Origin: Clostridiaceae bacterium
GTDB lineage: Bacteria > Bacillota > Clostridia > CAYPLH01 > DUMO01
Length of the DNA: 55,977 nt
Direction of reading: 5' to 3'
Assembly: GCA_012839865.1 (NCBI GenBank)
Contig: DUMO01000028.1
Location: 1-55,977 of the forward strand
In this document: piece after piece, positions 45,828 to 55,953 of the stretch
Layout: every line of letters starts with the position of its first letter
Numbering within the stretch: the stretch's first letter is position 1
Position numbers and translations under genes: made by a program
The notes under the pieces: generated by a model
Seen by the model: only the letters and a program-made list of their open reading frames with translations
What the model was told of the DNA's origin: nothing
The model's database searches: none

Positions 45828-46412
45828 CTACCTTCCGTTATAAATCGTGGAAAGCAGTTTCACTGCCAATACCCCCGTGACAGCTGCAGAGATTGACGCA
45901 ACCCACACAGCCCCGATTATCTCGGCAGGGTTTTTTGATCCGGCAAATGTTCGAATTGCAATTACAGTTGTGGGAACCAATTGAACCGCCGCAGTGTTAA
46001 GCACTAAAAACATGCTCATGGAGTCTGTGGCAGTATCTTTTTTGGGGTTTATCATTTGAAGTTCTTTCATTGCTTTAAGTCCCAGGGGAGTAGCAGCATT
46101 GCCAAGACCCAGAAAGTTTGCTGAAAGATTCATTACCATAGCTCCGATTGCAGGATGTTTCCTGGGAATTTCAGGGAAGAATGCCCTTAAAACCGGTTCC
46201 GCAAGCCTGGTTATGAATCTGATGATACCGCTTTTTTCCGCAATATTCATTATACCTGTCCAAAGACAAATAACTCCGAGGAGCCCTATACCCAGCTCCA
46301 CCGCTGCACCTGCCGACTCAAGAAGTGCCCTTGTCACTTCCTCAACCCGTCCGTTCATTATTCCAATAATAAAGCCGGCCAGCAGCATAAACAGCCAAAT
46401 ATAATTTAACAT
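45828..46412 (-). CDS. spmA: Spore maturation protein A
   Basis: MLNYIW start (ATG 46412), LWTGIMNIAE, ANFLGLGNAATPLGLKAM, FLVLNTA. Confidence 0.94.
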   Translation of the reverse strand: MLNYIWLFMLLAGFIIGIMNGRVEEVTRALLESAGAAVELGIGLLGVICLWTGIMNIAEKSGIIRFITRLAEPVLRAFFPEIPRKHPAIGAMVMNLSANFLGLGNAATPLGLKAMKELQMINPKKDTATDSMSMFLVLNTAAVQLVPTTVIAIRTFAGSKNPAEIIGAVWVASISAAVTGVLAVKLLSTIYNGR

Positions 46413-46738
46413 GAAACCATCCCTTCGAATTACGGGAATACCGTTGTGAATTCCAACTTTTTCAATGATGGTGTCGGACCTTTTCAATCTAATCATTTAT
46501 ATGATTTTAATGCGTGAACTATTCTGATAAAATATAATGAAAAATTTTGTCGAATATAAATTCCCAGTTATATAATGCCGTCACTCCCTGAATAAGCTAT
46601 TGCTGTTATATTATTACACATCGATATTATTGCAGCAAATAAATGTTTGAGTACTGTGCCGGCTATGTTTCAGGGCTCTTTGACAATGAGGAAAAATTTT
46701 TATATATAACATTTTTTTGAAATTTTTAAAATAAATTC

Positions 46739-46790
46739 TTGACTGCATATGGAATTTATGCTAGTATTATTGGTGCAGGTAAATGTCGAA
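46739..46790 (+). promoter_or_regulatory. abrB sigmaA promoter with a downstream Spo0A box
   Basis: TTGACT-17 nt-TAGTAT with TG extension; perfect 0A box TGTCGAA at 46784-46790; a second TGTCGAA at 46548-46554. Confidence 0.75.
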
Positions 46791-46817
46791 TAATATGTTG
46801 CAAGAGGAGGGAAATAC

Positions 46818-47060
46818 ATGAAATCCACAGGTATTGTAAGAAAAGTCGATGAACTTGGCAGGGTTGTTTTGCCTATCGAGCTTAGAAGAACACTTGATAT
46901 TGCTGAAAAAGACGCTCTTGAGATCTATGTTGAAGGCAATACCATTATACTTAAAAAATACGAGCCGGCTTGTTTGTTCTGCGGAAATGCAAGGGATGTT
47001 TTAGTTTATAAGGGAAAGAGCATTTGTCCCGACTGCATGAGAGAAATTAAAAATAGGTAA
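46818..47060 (+). CDS. abrB: Transition-state regulator AbrB
   Basis: MKSTGIVRKVDELGRVVLPIELRRTLDI; RBS AGAGGAGG. Confidence 0.95.
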   Translation: MKSTGIVRKVDELGRVVLPIELRRTLDIAEKDALEIYVEGNTIILKKYEPACLFCGNARDVLVYKGKSICPDCMREIKNR

Positions 47061-47100
47061 GCTCAGGATCTTATATTTGCCTATAAAAATAATCCAGATT

Positions 47101-47130
47101 TAAAAAAAGAGGTTTAAGACCTCTTTTTTT
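47101..47130. terminator. Bidirectional terminator between abrB and rsmI
   Basis: AAAAAAAGAGGT-TTAAG-ACCTCTTTTTTT. Confidence 0.85.
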
Positions 47131-47152
47131 ATTTCCCGTTGGCAATCATATT

Positions 47153-47207
47153 GTGACGTACTCCCGCCGCCTAAGAGGAGGCAGCCTTCTTGCTGCTATA
47201 TGTTAAA
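47153..47207 (-). mobile_element. 55-bp IS200/IS605-end-like mini element, copy 2 (left hairpin arm degraded)
   Basis: Reverse complement TTTAACATATAGCAGCAAGAAGGCTGCCTCCTCTTAGGCGGCGGGAGTACGTCAC aligns without gaps to 9130-9184. Confidence 0.6.
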
Positions 47208-47251
47208 ATCTTCTTTGTTTTTTTACATTCATTTCATGTGCAAGTTAAATA

Positions 47252-48121
47252 TCAATCCCTGTCAGGCTCCCGGGTATCGGTTTGACTGATAATATCCCTG
47301 TAAACATCTCTTTTGCTCATACCCCTGTCTTTTGCCGCCTGTTTTATTGCCTCCATTCTGTCCATACCGCTTTTTATATAAAATTCCACGTGCTCCTTTA
47401 CCGGAACTTTTGACCACTCCTGCCGCCTTTCGTTCAATTCAGCTTCTTCCTTCGCGCCTTCAATTACCAAAACAAATTCACCTTTCGGCACTTTGTTTTT
47501 ATAAATTTCCAATGCTTCCGAAAGGGGTATTCTTAAAACTTCTTCGAATATTTTTGTCATCTCCCGGACTATGGCAATGTTCCTGTTTCCCAAATAGTCC
47601 AAAAGCTCACCAAGGGTGCGTGCAAGCTTATGAGGAGCTTCATATAAAATTATCGTCCTGGTTTCATGCTTCAATTCTTCGAGTCTTTTCCTTCTTTTTT
47701 TATCCGCCGGCAAAAATCCCTCAAACACAAAGCGGGCGGTAGGCAAGCCTGAGAGTATTAATCCTGATATGGCTGCAGAGGGACCCGGTATTGAGCATAC
47801 CTTGATTCCGTTTGCAATTGCCATCTTGATAATTTCCTCTCCCGGGTCGGATATTCCTGGAGTCCCTGCATCTGAGACAATAGCAACATCCTTGCCTTTC
47901 ATAAGTTCTTCAATGATGTGTTCGCCTTTTTTATATTTATTATGCTCATGATAACTTGTAAGCTTGTTTTCAATGCCAAAATGATTGAGCAGCTTGATGG
48001 ATTGCCTTGTATCCTCGGCAGCAATAATGTCAACACTCTTCAGTGTTTTAATAGCCCGAAGAGTTATATCTTCCAGATTTCCAATAGGAGTTGCAACTAT
48101 ATACAAAGTACCTGTTTCCAT
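47252..48121 (-). CDS. rsmI: 16S rRNA (cytidine1402-2'-O)-methyltransferase
   Basis: GTLYIVATPIGNLEDIT, AAEDTR, VSDAGTPGISDPG, YEAPHKL, REMTKIFEE. Confidence 0.96.
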   Translation of the reverse strand: METGTLYIVATPIGNLEDITLRAIKTLKSVDIIAAEDTRQSIKLLNHFGIENKLTSYHEHNKYKKGEHIIEELMKGKDVAIVSDAGTPGISDPGEEIIKMAIANGIKVCSIPGPSAAISGLILSGLPTARFVFEGFLPADKKRRKRLEELKHETRTIILYEAPHKLARTLGELLDYLGNRNIAIVREMTKIFEEVLRIPLSEALEIYKNKVPKGEFVLVIEGAKEEAELNERRQEWSKVPVKEHVEFYIKSGMDRMEAIKQAAKDRGMSKRDVYRDIISQTDTREPDRD

Positions 48122-48128
48122 CAATTTA

Positions 48129-48872
48129 TTAACCTTCCCTGCAGTATATTCTGTTAATCTCTTCCGAATAGCGTCCTTTACCATCATAGATGTAAAGAGG
48201 CTCCAGCATATTAAGCTGTGTTTTCCCGCCCCTTACCGCTTTGACCAGAACCAAATTGGGCTTTTTATAGGGGGCAGGATGAATGAACCTTAAGAATTTC
48301 GGCTCAATTGAATAAGTTCTGAGCAGATATAAAATATCCACCAGCCTTTCCGGCCTGTGAACCATTGCAAACTGGCCATTTACCTTTAAAAGCTTATGGA
48401 CGGCTTTTATAATATCTTCCAGAGTGCATGCAATCTCATGCCTTGCCAGGGACAGTTTGTCTTCCGCATTTTTTATGCCGCTTCCCCTGCCTATATAGGG
48501 AGGATTTGTCACAATCACATCAAAGCTTGACGCTTCAAAATAATCTTCAAAACGTGTTATATCCCCCTCAAAAATCCTGACCCGGTCTTCCAGCCCGTTC
48601 AAACATATGCTTCTGTTCGCCATTTCAACCATATCCGGCTGAATCTCAATGCCAACTAATTCATTTGCTTCAGTCTTACCTGCCATCAGGATTGGTATAA
48701 TGCCTGTTCCCGTTCCGATATCCAGAACCCTGTCTCCCTTTTTTGCATCAGCAAAGTTGGCAAGAAGCACTGCATCGACCCCAAAGCGAAAAGCCTTGCG
48801 CTTTTGTATAAGCTTTAGATTTTTATATTGAAGATCATCAATGCTTTCATCGTCCAATAACCTTATATCCAG
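48129..48872 (-). CDS. tRNA1(Val) adenine-N6-methyltransferase-like (YabB/TrmN6 family)
   Basis: FRFGVDAVLLA, LDIGTGTG, VTNPPY, ARHEI, MVHRPERL; start proposed at CTG 48872 (see findings). Confidence 0.9.
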   Translation of the reverse strand: MDIRLLDDESIDDLQYKNLKLIQKRKAFRFGVDAVLLANFADAKKGDRVLDIGTGTGIIPILMAGKTEANELVGIEIQPDMVEMANRSICLNGLEDRVRIFEGDITRFEDYFEASSFDVIVTNPPYIGRGSGIKNAEDKLSLARHEIACTLEDIIKAVHKLLKVNGQFAMVHRPERLVDILYLLRTYSIEPKFLRFIHPAPYKKPNLVLVKAVRGGKTQLNMLEPLYIYDGKGRYSEEINRIYCREG

Positions 48873-49084
48873 AAAAACTTCTCTCCTTTTTATCTTACTC
48901 AGGGGACAATGACTCCCGCATGTCCCGGCACTGCTTCACGCAAGCCGGTTTATAACCTGCGCCCGTCATTATCCTTTAACCTTTTTCATATCATTCTTAC
49001 TTCGCCGTTTTTATCTATAACTACAATAAGGGGCCAAATAAATACTTATTCGACCCCTTATCTATCAGCTCAAACCAATTATTA

Positions 49085-49276
<192 letters not shown>

Positions 49277-49490
49277 TTAAATGAATTGCTTATCTTAATC
49301 GTTTTTATTTTATCATTATTGGGTGAATATGCAAGCTTTTTTTAAATTGGGAGCTTTGCATCAAAATTCTTCTATTGGGGCACTACTGCTCTGTTTATTG
49401 AACAACCGGCTAGAATACTGAAATTCAGAGCTGGTCGTTTGTAAGAAAAGAAATGCGTGCAAAGAATGAAGGGTGTGTAAAGAATGAAAA

Positions 49491-49521
49491 GTGGAACAAG
49501 GTACCTGTCCCACTGTCCCAC
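49491..49521. repeat. REP-like imperfect palindrome
   Basis: GTGGAACAAGGTACCTGTCCCAC plus a duplicated TGTCCCAC, directly after the ricT stop. Confidence 0.5.
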
Positions 49522-49522
49522 T

Positions 49523-50413
49523 TTAATCCTCCAGCTCTTTCAACGCTTCAATGTCCACTTCGGCATCATCGAAGCTTTCGATGATGATGTCATCCTTCGC
49601 ACCATCCCGGATGATTTTAACCTCTTCGGCTTTAAAAGTTCTTATATCCGCATCGTTTTCCTTATCCAGCTTGACCTTTACAATTTCCTTAAGCAAGCTT
49701 ATTCCGACAACCACTCCCTGCCCTTCGGGAGTATCAACTATGGCTCCCTCTTTGGGCACTTTCTTGAGAATTTCTTCATAAGCTTCCTGCTCATACCTCA
49801 GACAGCACATCAACCTTCCGCAGATACCGGAAATTTTGGTCGGGTTTAAGGACAAACCCTGTTCTTTGGCCATTTTGATTGAGACCGGGTCAAACTCGCC
49901 AAGGAAGCTGTTGCAGCACAGGGCCCTGCCGCAAATGCCAATACCGCTCAGCATCTTTGTTTCATCCCTTACCCCTATTTGTCTTAATTCAATACGGGTT
50001 TTGAAAATGGATGCAAGGTCCTTGACAAGCTCACGAAAGTCAACTCTGCCCTCTGCAGTAAAATAAAAAAGAATTTTATTATTATCAAAGGTATACTCCA
50101 CATCAACCAGCTTCATGGGAAGGGAGTGTTCCGTTATCTTCTTAAGACAAATGTCATAAGCTTCCTTTTCTTTTTTGCAATTTTCTTCATGATGCAGCTT
50201 ATCTTCCGGAGTAGCGATTCTCAGCACCTTTTTCAAAGGAGCAACTATCTCCTCCATAGGCACTTCTTTTAAAGGTATGACTACACTCCCGTATTCAATA
50301 CCTCTCGCAGTCTCCACAATAACATCCGGGTTTGCATCTATATCAATTTCACCGGGATCAAAATAATAAATTTTACCGGCTTTTTTAAATCTGACTCCAA
50401 CAACTTTTACCAT
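49523..50413 (-). CDS. ricT: PSP1-domain protein RicT/YaaT
   Basis: VGVRFKKAGKIYYF, RVDFRELVKDLA, GICGRALCC, ISGICGRLMCCLRYE. Confidence 0.95.
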   Translation of the reverse strand: MVKVVGVRFKKAGKIYYFDPGEIDIDANPDVIVETARGIEYGSVVIPLKEVPMEEIVAPLKKVLRIATPEDKLHHEENCKKEKEAYDICLKKITEHSLPMKLVDVEYTFDNNKILFYFTAEGRVDFRELVKDLASIFKTRIELRQIGVRDETKMLSGIGICGRALCCNSFLGEFDPVSIKMAKEQGLSLNPTKISGICGRLMCCLRYEQEAYEEILKKVPKEGAIVDTPEGQGVVVGISLLKEIVKVKLDKENDADIRTFKAEEVKIIRDGAKDDIIIESFDDAEVDIEALKELED

Positions 50414-50416
50414 CAA

Positions 50417-51400
50417 TTATGCCTCCTGCAATTTCATAAGCATTACTTCAATACTCAACTGATAATTAGTGTTATAATTCAAGTTTGATCTGGTGGTGTT
50501 AATAATTTCTATGTTATCAACAAGTTTTTTTGAAGTATATCTTTTTGCGCTATCAATAATAATATCCTTTTTATCTGAATTAATCAACATACCTTCGTTT
50601 CTGGTTCTTTTGCACACCAGAATGTCACGGTAAAAAATTTCCATCATGTCCAAAATTGTGTCAATATCCTCTTTATTCTTTTCAAAAATATCATACTTGT
50701 CAAATACGGCAACCAAGCCTTCCCGGCCAACCTGATCCGCCAATTCAATTATTTCATTGCGTAAAGCATCAAAATTCTCCGAACCGGCCAGCTTCATAGC
50801 AGTGCCAATAATACCCCCTGAATAGGATGCAATAAACTCGTTGCTCCGTGATGCAGAATACAGCCTGTTGAGAAGTTCCAAAACTTCCCTGAAGGTGTTC
50901 TTCTTTAAATTGTATTTCAAAATTCTTGACCTTATGGTCTCTTTTAAGCCGTAAAGACTGGGCGTAGTCAAAATAATAACCGCAAACCGGGGAGGTTCCT
51001 CCAAAGTCTTCAACAGACAGTTTTGCGCCTGCATGGTCATTGTTTCGGCGTCCCTGATTATATAAACCTTTCTTTCCGAGTATAAGGGCTTTACCATAAT
51101 ATCATCCTGCATTTGTCTTATTGCTTCAATTTTGATCGTGCCTTTATCCGGCTCAATAAGGCAAAAATCCGGGTTGCTGCTGTTTTTCAATAAAAGGCAC
51201 GGCTTACACCTGCCGCAGGGTTCATCCCCGTTTGGCTCACTACACAAAAGAAGAGCTGCAAAGGCTTTCGCCAACGTAGTTTTACCTATACCTTTTTCAC
51301 CGGAGAATAAATAAGCATGTCCGACTCTATTTGAAAAAAACGCATTTTTCAGACTTTCAATTAAATCCCTTTGACCGATTATATTTTTAAAAGTATACAC
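50417..51400 (-). CDS. holB: DNA polymerase III subunit delta'
   Basis: HAYLFSG..GIGKTT, Zn cluster C..PCGRCKPC, QNCLLKTLEEPP, TIRSR. Start probably GTG 51400; the longer 51535 start adds a non-homologous extension. Confidence 0.93.
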   Translation of the reverse strand: MYTFKNIIGQRDLIESLKNAFFSNRVGHAYLFSGEKGIGKTTLAKAFAALLLCSEPNGDEPCGRCKPCLLLKNSSNPDFCLIEPDKGTIKIEAIRQMQDDIMVKPLYSERKVYIIRDAETMTMQAQNCLLKTLEEPPRFAVIILTTPSLYGLKETIRSRILKYNLKKNTFREVLELLNRLYSASRSNEFIASYSGGIIGTAMKLAGSENFDALRNEIIELADQVGREGLVAVFDKYDIFEKNKEDIDTILDMMEIFYRDILVCKRTRNEGMLINSDKKDIIIDSAKRYTSKKLVDNIEIINTTRSNLNYNTNYQLSIEVMLMKLQEA

Positions 51401-51620
51401 TCTAACTTTCTTCCACCTGCCTGCCCCCCGGGCTTGCTTTTTTCGGTGCTGCCTTTCAGATTCATAAGAACCGTTTCCAGCGCCAGTCCTCTTCCCTCTT
51501 CCAGCCTTCCAACTTTCTCTTTCTTCAAATCCCAACTTTTCACTTTCAAGTCAAAAATTTAATCTTCCGCTCATTGCATGATAACCTTGATGCAGCACCT
51601 TAATAACTTTCGTCCTTACA

Positions 51621-52073
51621 TCATAATATAAGGTCAAATATCAATCCCTTCAACCCATCAATCTTTTCCAGTATCTTTACATTGTTCTTTTCATTTGCAA
51701 GTATTTCCGAGGTCAACTCATCCAACTCGCTGTTTATTTTTTTGATAATGGCGTAGGCACGGTGCCTGCCCCTTCTGTCCAGAAAATTTTCCTTTGTAAA
51801 TTTATGTGAATTCCTGAGGGCCAAACTGAGAAATTCAGAAATCAGCCTTTTATAAACCCGTAATTCGGCAATATCGAGTTTTTCCGCAAGTTTCTCCCCC
51901 TGAGCCTCAATACTTTTCGCCAGATCTTTAAGCCGGGCATTGTGTCCGTCTTCTTCCGCATGCATAAGATTGCTGTGAAAATCGCCACTCTTACCAAGAA
52001 CTTTTTTTCCCGGGTCTCTTTGCAAAGGCTCTCTTAAACCCGGCAATTCATTCAATCCCTGATTGATCTTCAT
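51621..52073 (-). CDS. yaaR: YaaR/DUF327 family protein
   Basis: QGEKL...YKRLISEFL, DRRGRHRAY, IDGLKGLIFDL; conserved position between darA and holB. Confidence 0.88.
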   Translation of the reverse strand: MKINQGLNELPGLREPLQRDPGKKVLGKSGDFHSNLMHAEEDGHNARLKDLAKSIEAQGEKLAEKLDIAELRVYKRLISEFLSLALRNSHKFTKENFLDRRGRHRAYAIIKKINSELDELTSEILANEKNNVKILEKIDGLKGLIFDLIL

Positions 52074-52293
52074 ACATGCCCATCCTTTTTATTGCTGCAA
52101 GTTTTATGCCAAATCCCGCATGTCTTGCAGCTTTAGTTTGTTCAAAAAGTCATGAAAAAGCAAAGCCAAATCCTACTTTGGCTTGTGACCCGGCTTTCAG
52201 CATGTCCTTTATATTAACCTTCATAAGCAACGTAAAAACCCTATACCAGCCATCTCCAGCATGTTATTTCACAAAACTGATTTTTTATTCAAT

Positions 52294-52623
52294 TTAAACT
52301 TTCTCGAACCTTTCCACATCCAGCACGAAAATTGTTGCTCCACCAACGATAACTTCCACCGGGTAAGGCATGAAAGCTGCTCCCATCCCATTGGGTGAGA
52401 TTGCAGAATTGGTTATCTGTTTCCGGCTTTTTGAACGTTTTTTGATTATGGCTATTACATCATCCACCTTGTCTTCATCCACTCCCACAAGCAAAGTGGT
52501 ATTCCCGGCCCTTAAGAATCCACCGGTGGAGCATAGCTTTGTCACGCTAAAGCCATTCTCATTAAGGCTGGTCATTACCTTGTAACCATCATCATCATTA
52601 ACTATTGCAAAAACTAGCTTCAT
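52294..52623 (-). CDS. darA: Cyclic-di-AMP receptor DarA/PstA (PII-like, YaaQ)
   Basis: MKLVFAIV..DD, TKLCSTGGFLRAGNTTLLVG, VGGATIFVLDVE. Confidence 0.93.
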   Translation of the reverse strand: MKLVFAIVNDDDGYKVMTSLNENGFSVTKLCSTGGFLRAGNTTLLVGVDEDKVDDVIAIIKKRSKSRKQITNSAISPNGMGAAFMPYPVEVIVGGATIFVLDVERFEKV

Positions 52624-52639
52624 AAGCTTACCCCCTCTC

Positions 52640-53269
52640 TTATTTGCAAGCACCTGTCAATTTAACAAGATACGTCTTGACATCGCTAAAAATGTCATCT
52701 ACCTTCCTGTTCCCATTTATTACCTTAATTCTTTCCGGGTATTTTTCAGCCAGCGCTAAATAGCCTTTATATACCCTCCTGTGAAAATCAATACTCTCAT
52801 TTTCTATCCTGTCTTTATCCTGGGCTTTAATTCTCCCAAGGGCCACTTCCGGTTCAACATCAAAGAAGAATGTAATATCCGGCCTGATGCTGTCCATTGC
52901 TATTTCATTTATACGAATAATTGTTGCAAGGTCAATCCCTCGCCCGAAACCCTGGTAAACGTAACTGGAATCTACAAAGCGGTCGCAAATTACAATCTTT
53001 CCTTCCTCAATTGCGGGTTTTACAACCTCAAAAACCAGTTGCGCCCTGGATGCTGCATACAGAAGCATTTCCGTCAGCTGCCCCATCTTAAGGTTTGATA
53101 CATCCAGCAAAACATCCCTTATTTTTTCGCTTATTACCGTTCCACCCGGTTCTCTGGTTAACACGACTTTATATCCCATTTTGATAAAAAAGTCGTAAAT
53201 TAAATTTATCTGAGTGGACTTACCTGATCCGTCCAGGCCTTCACATGTAATGAAAATACCTTTTCCCAT
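52640..53269 (-). CDS. tmk: Thymidylate kinase
   Basis: EGLDGSGKST P-loop, TREPGG, CDRFVDSS..YQG. Confidence 0.97.
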   Translation of the reverse strand: MGKGIFITCEGLDGSGKSTQINLIYDFFIKMGYKVVLTREPGGTVISEKIRDVLLDVSNLKMGQLTEMLLYAASRAQLVFEVVKPAIEEGKIVICDRFVDSSYVYQGFGRGIDLATIIRINEIAMDSIRPDITFFFDVEPEVALGRIKAQDKDRIENESIDFHRRVYKGYLALAEKYPERIKVINGNRKVDDIFSDVKTYLVKLTGACK

Positions 53270-53349
53270 AGTATGTCTCCTAACAACCGGATGTCCTTAT
53301 GAAAATTTAAACTGCTGTATATATTTACTTACTTACTTTTATTATAGCA

Positions 53350-54765
53350 TCAGCCCACTACATTTACTAGCTGTTTCCCATAAATTCCGTTTACTTTTCC
53401 TCCGGCATCAACTATGCCCAGGACATACCCAATTATCTCATCGGTATAAACCTCTCCGGGTATGATAACAGGAATTCCCGGAGGATAAGGTGTCAAATAA
53501 TCCGAGGCAATGCATCCATTGGCATTGCGTATCGGCACCTTCCTCTGAGGAAGGTCCTCAGCCTCCCTCATACCAATTGCTCTTTCGGGTGTATCAGGAA
53601 TCCTGGAGGGAACCTTGAACCGCAAAGATTCTTCAGCCTGAAAGCTTTCCGCAACCTGCCTGATCCCGCAGGCAAGCTTTGAAAGGTCCTCATTATTGTC
53701 CGATACTGTTGCAATGCATACAATATTGTTCATATCAGACATTTCAACCTGTATATTAAATTTTTCCCGCAGCAATTTTTCTGTTTCAAAGCCCCTCTTG
53801 CAGCCCATGCCAATAACAATCCTGGTGGGGTCATGGCTACCCTTTTGCAAAGAGTCCCCTGTCAATACTGAAATACAATTAATTCCGGCTATTTGTTTTC
53901 GAAAATTATAAATGCTATCCAACAAATCATCCAGCAAAGATTCCCCTTTCTCCTGCATTATTGCACGGGCAATGTCCAGTGAGCACATTACCAGATATGA
54001 AGGGCTGGTAGTTTGCAGCATCCTGAGGTTTCTTTGAAGCTTGTCAATATCAACAGATTTGCTTTTTATATGAATAAAAGCCCCCGGGGTAAGGGCAGGA
54101 AGAGTCTTGTGAGCGCTTTGAATGCTTATATCCGCTCCCTGGTCCATACTGCAAAGGGGCAGTTTTCTATTGAATCTAAGATGTGCTCCGTGGGCTTCAT
54201 CAACAATCAGAATTTTTCCATAGTCATGAACCAGTTTGCTGATTTTACTTATATCAGAGCAAATCCCATAGTAGTTTGGGCTTGTAATTAAAACACCTTT
54301 AGCGTCAGGATAGTCAGTCAGGGCCTTTTCAACAACTGACGGTTCGGTTATGGAAGAAATGCCAAACTCCGGATTATATGCCGGATTGATAAAAACAGGG
54401 TCAATCCCCCACATGGATATTCCATTATATACCGATCTGTGGCAGTCCCGCCCGATTATCAGCCTGTCTCCGGGTCTGCATACTGTTCTCATGGCTGCGA
54501 GCACTCCACAGGTTGAACCGTTCACCAGAAAGAAGGTTTTATCGGCACCAAAAGCTTCTGCTGCCATATCCTGAGCCATAAGTATTGCATCTTCAGGAAA
54601 ATGAAGATTATCAGTTCCCGGTATCTCCGTAACATCATATTTTGCCATGCCGGAGCAGAAAGCTTCGGGTAATCCTTTCCCCATCTTATGACCGGGCATA
54701 TGGAAAGGAACCGGCCGGGAAGCTGCATATTTTTCAATTGCGTCAAAAAGAGGTGCCTTAATCAA
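53350..54765 (-). CDS. PLP-dependent Arg/Lys/Orn decarboxylase (YaaO-like)
   Basis: FHMPGHK, LVNGSTCG, VDEAHGAH, QSAHKTLP, TTSPSY, PYPPGIP. Confidence 0.92.
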   Translation of the reverse strand: MIKAPLFDAIEKYAASRPVPFHMPGHKMGKGLPEAFCSGMAKYDVTEIPGTDNLHFPEDAILMAQDMAAEAFGADKTFFLVNGSTCGVLAAMRTVCRPGDRLIIGRDCHRSVYNGISMWGIDPVFINPAYNPEFGISSITEPSVVEKALTDYPDAKGVLITSPNYYGICSDISKISKLVHDYGKILIVDEAHGAHLRFNRKLPLCSMDQGADISIQSAHKTLPALTPGAFIHIKSKSVDIDKLQRNLRMLQTTSPSYLVMCSLDIARAIMQEKGESLLDDLLDSIYNFRKQIAGINCISVLTGDSLQKGSHDPTRIVIGMGCKRGFETEKLLREKFNIQVEMSDMNNIVCIATVSDNNEDLSKLACGIRQVAESFQAEESLRFKVPSRIPDTPERAIGMREAEDLPQRKVPIRNANGCIASDYLTPYPPGIPVIIPGEVYTDEIIGYVLGIVDAGGKVNGIYGKQLVNVVG

Positions 54766-54780
54766 ATTTCAGCATACCTC

Positions 54781-55953
54781 CTAAATTCTTGCTGTTCCCG
54801 ACTCTCTTGCGGCAGCAGCAACAGCTTCCGCCACCTTTTGCGCGACCCGCTTGTCAAAGGGCTTTGGAATAATATATTCTTCATTCAGTTCATCATCACT
54901 TATAAGGCCGGCTATCGCCTCGGCAGCCGCAATCTTCATTGCATCATTGATATCAGATGCCCTCACATCCAATGCACCACGGAAAATTCCCGGAAAGGCC
55001 AGCACATTGTTTATCTGGTTCGGAAAATCCGACCTTCCTGTGCACATCACTCTTGCTCCGGCTTTTAATGCTTCCTCCGGAAATATTTCAGGTACAGGGT
55101 TTGCCATGGCAAAAATCAAAGGGTCCTTTGCCATACTTTTTACCATCTCGCCTGTTAATGCTCCGGCTACTGATAATCCAATAAAGACATCCGCTCCTTT
55201 TATAACGTCCTTTAACGTGCCTTTTTTGTTTTCAGGATTTGTTATTTCAGCCATCTCCGCCTTCACCGGATTGAGGCCGTCCCTTCCCCTGTATATTGCG
55301 CCCTTGGAATCACATAACACAACCTTTGTAAGCCCCATGCTCATCATTAGTTTTGTCACGGCTATACCTGCCGCTCCTGAGCCATTTACGACGACGCTTA
55401 CATCTTTTATATCCTTCTTCGTCAATTTCAAAGCATTAATCATTGCAGCCAGGGTTACAACCGCGGTCCCGTGCTGGTCGTCATGGAATATGGGTATATC
55501 ACATTCTTCCTTAAGCCTTTTTTCAATTTCAAAGCACCTGGGAGCAGAAATATCCTCAAGGTTTATACCCCCAAAACTTCCCGAAATAAGCTTGATTGTG
55601 TTCACAATCTCGTCAACGTTCTTGGACCTTATGCAAAGGGGAAAAGCATCAACTCCTGCAAAGGTCTTGAAAAGAACACATTTCCCTTCCATGACCGGCA
55701 TTCCCGCTTCAGGACCAATGTCCCCCAGTCCGAGAACCGCTGTGCCATCGGTAATGACAGCCACCATGTTCCACCTTCTTGTATATTCATAAGACAGATT
55801 TACATCATTATGAATTTCAAGGCAAGGCTCTGCAACACCCGGCGTGTATGCCATTGTCAGATCTTTTGCGTCCCTCACCGGAGCCCTGCATGCAATTTCA
55901 ATTTTTCCATGCCATTCTTTGTGCAGTCTGAGCGCATCTTCTTTCAGTGCCAT
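54781..55953 (-). CDS. NAD(P)-dependent malic enzyme
   Basis: AYTPGVA, TDGTAVLGLGDIGP, INLEDISAPRCF, FHDDQHGTA, NGSGAAG, TGRSDFPNQINN. Confidence 0.96.
   Translation of the reverse strand: MALKEDALRLHKEWHGKIEIACRAPVRDAKDLTMAYTPGVAEPCLEIHNDVNLSYEYTRRWNMVAVITDGTAVLGLGDIGPEAGMPVMEGKCVLFKTFAGVDAFPLCIRSKNVDEIVNTIKLISGSFGGINLEDISAPRCFEIEKRLKEECDIPIFHDDQHGTAVVTLAAMINALKLTKKDIKDVSVVVNGSGAAGIAVTKLMMSMGLTKVVLCDSKGAIYRGRDGLNPVKAEMAEITNPENKKGTLKDVIKGADVFIGLSVAGALTGEMVKSMAKDPLIFAMANPVPEIFPEEALKAGARVMCTGRSDFPNQINNVLAFPGIFRGALDVRASDINDAMKIAAAEAIAGLISDDELNEEYIIPKPFDKRVAQKVAEAVAAAARESGTARI

Noticed and set aside
51401..51535. 45-aa N-terminal extension of HolB in the ORF track
   Set aside because: Low-complexity and not homologous to delta-prime proteins; GTG 51400 gives the usual N-terminus. 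Treated as an over-extended ORF call.
54851..55792. 313-aa plus-strand ORF
   Set aside because: It lies entirely antisense to the well-conserved malic enzyme gene.
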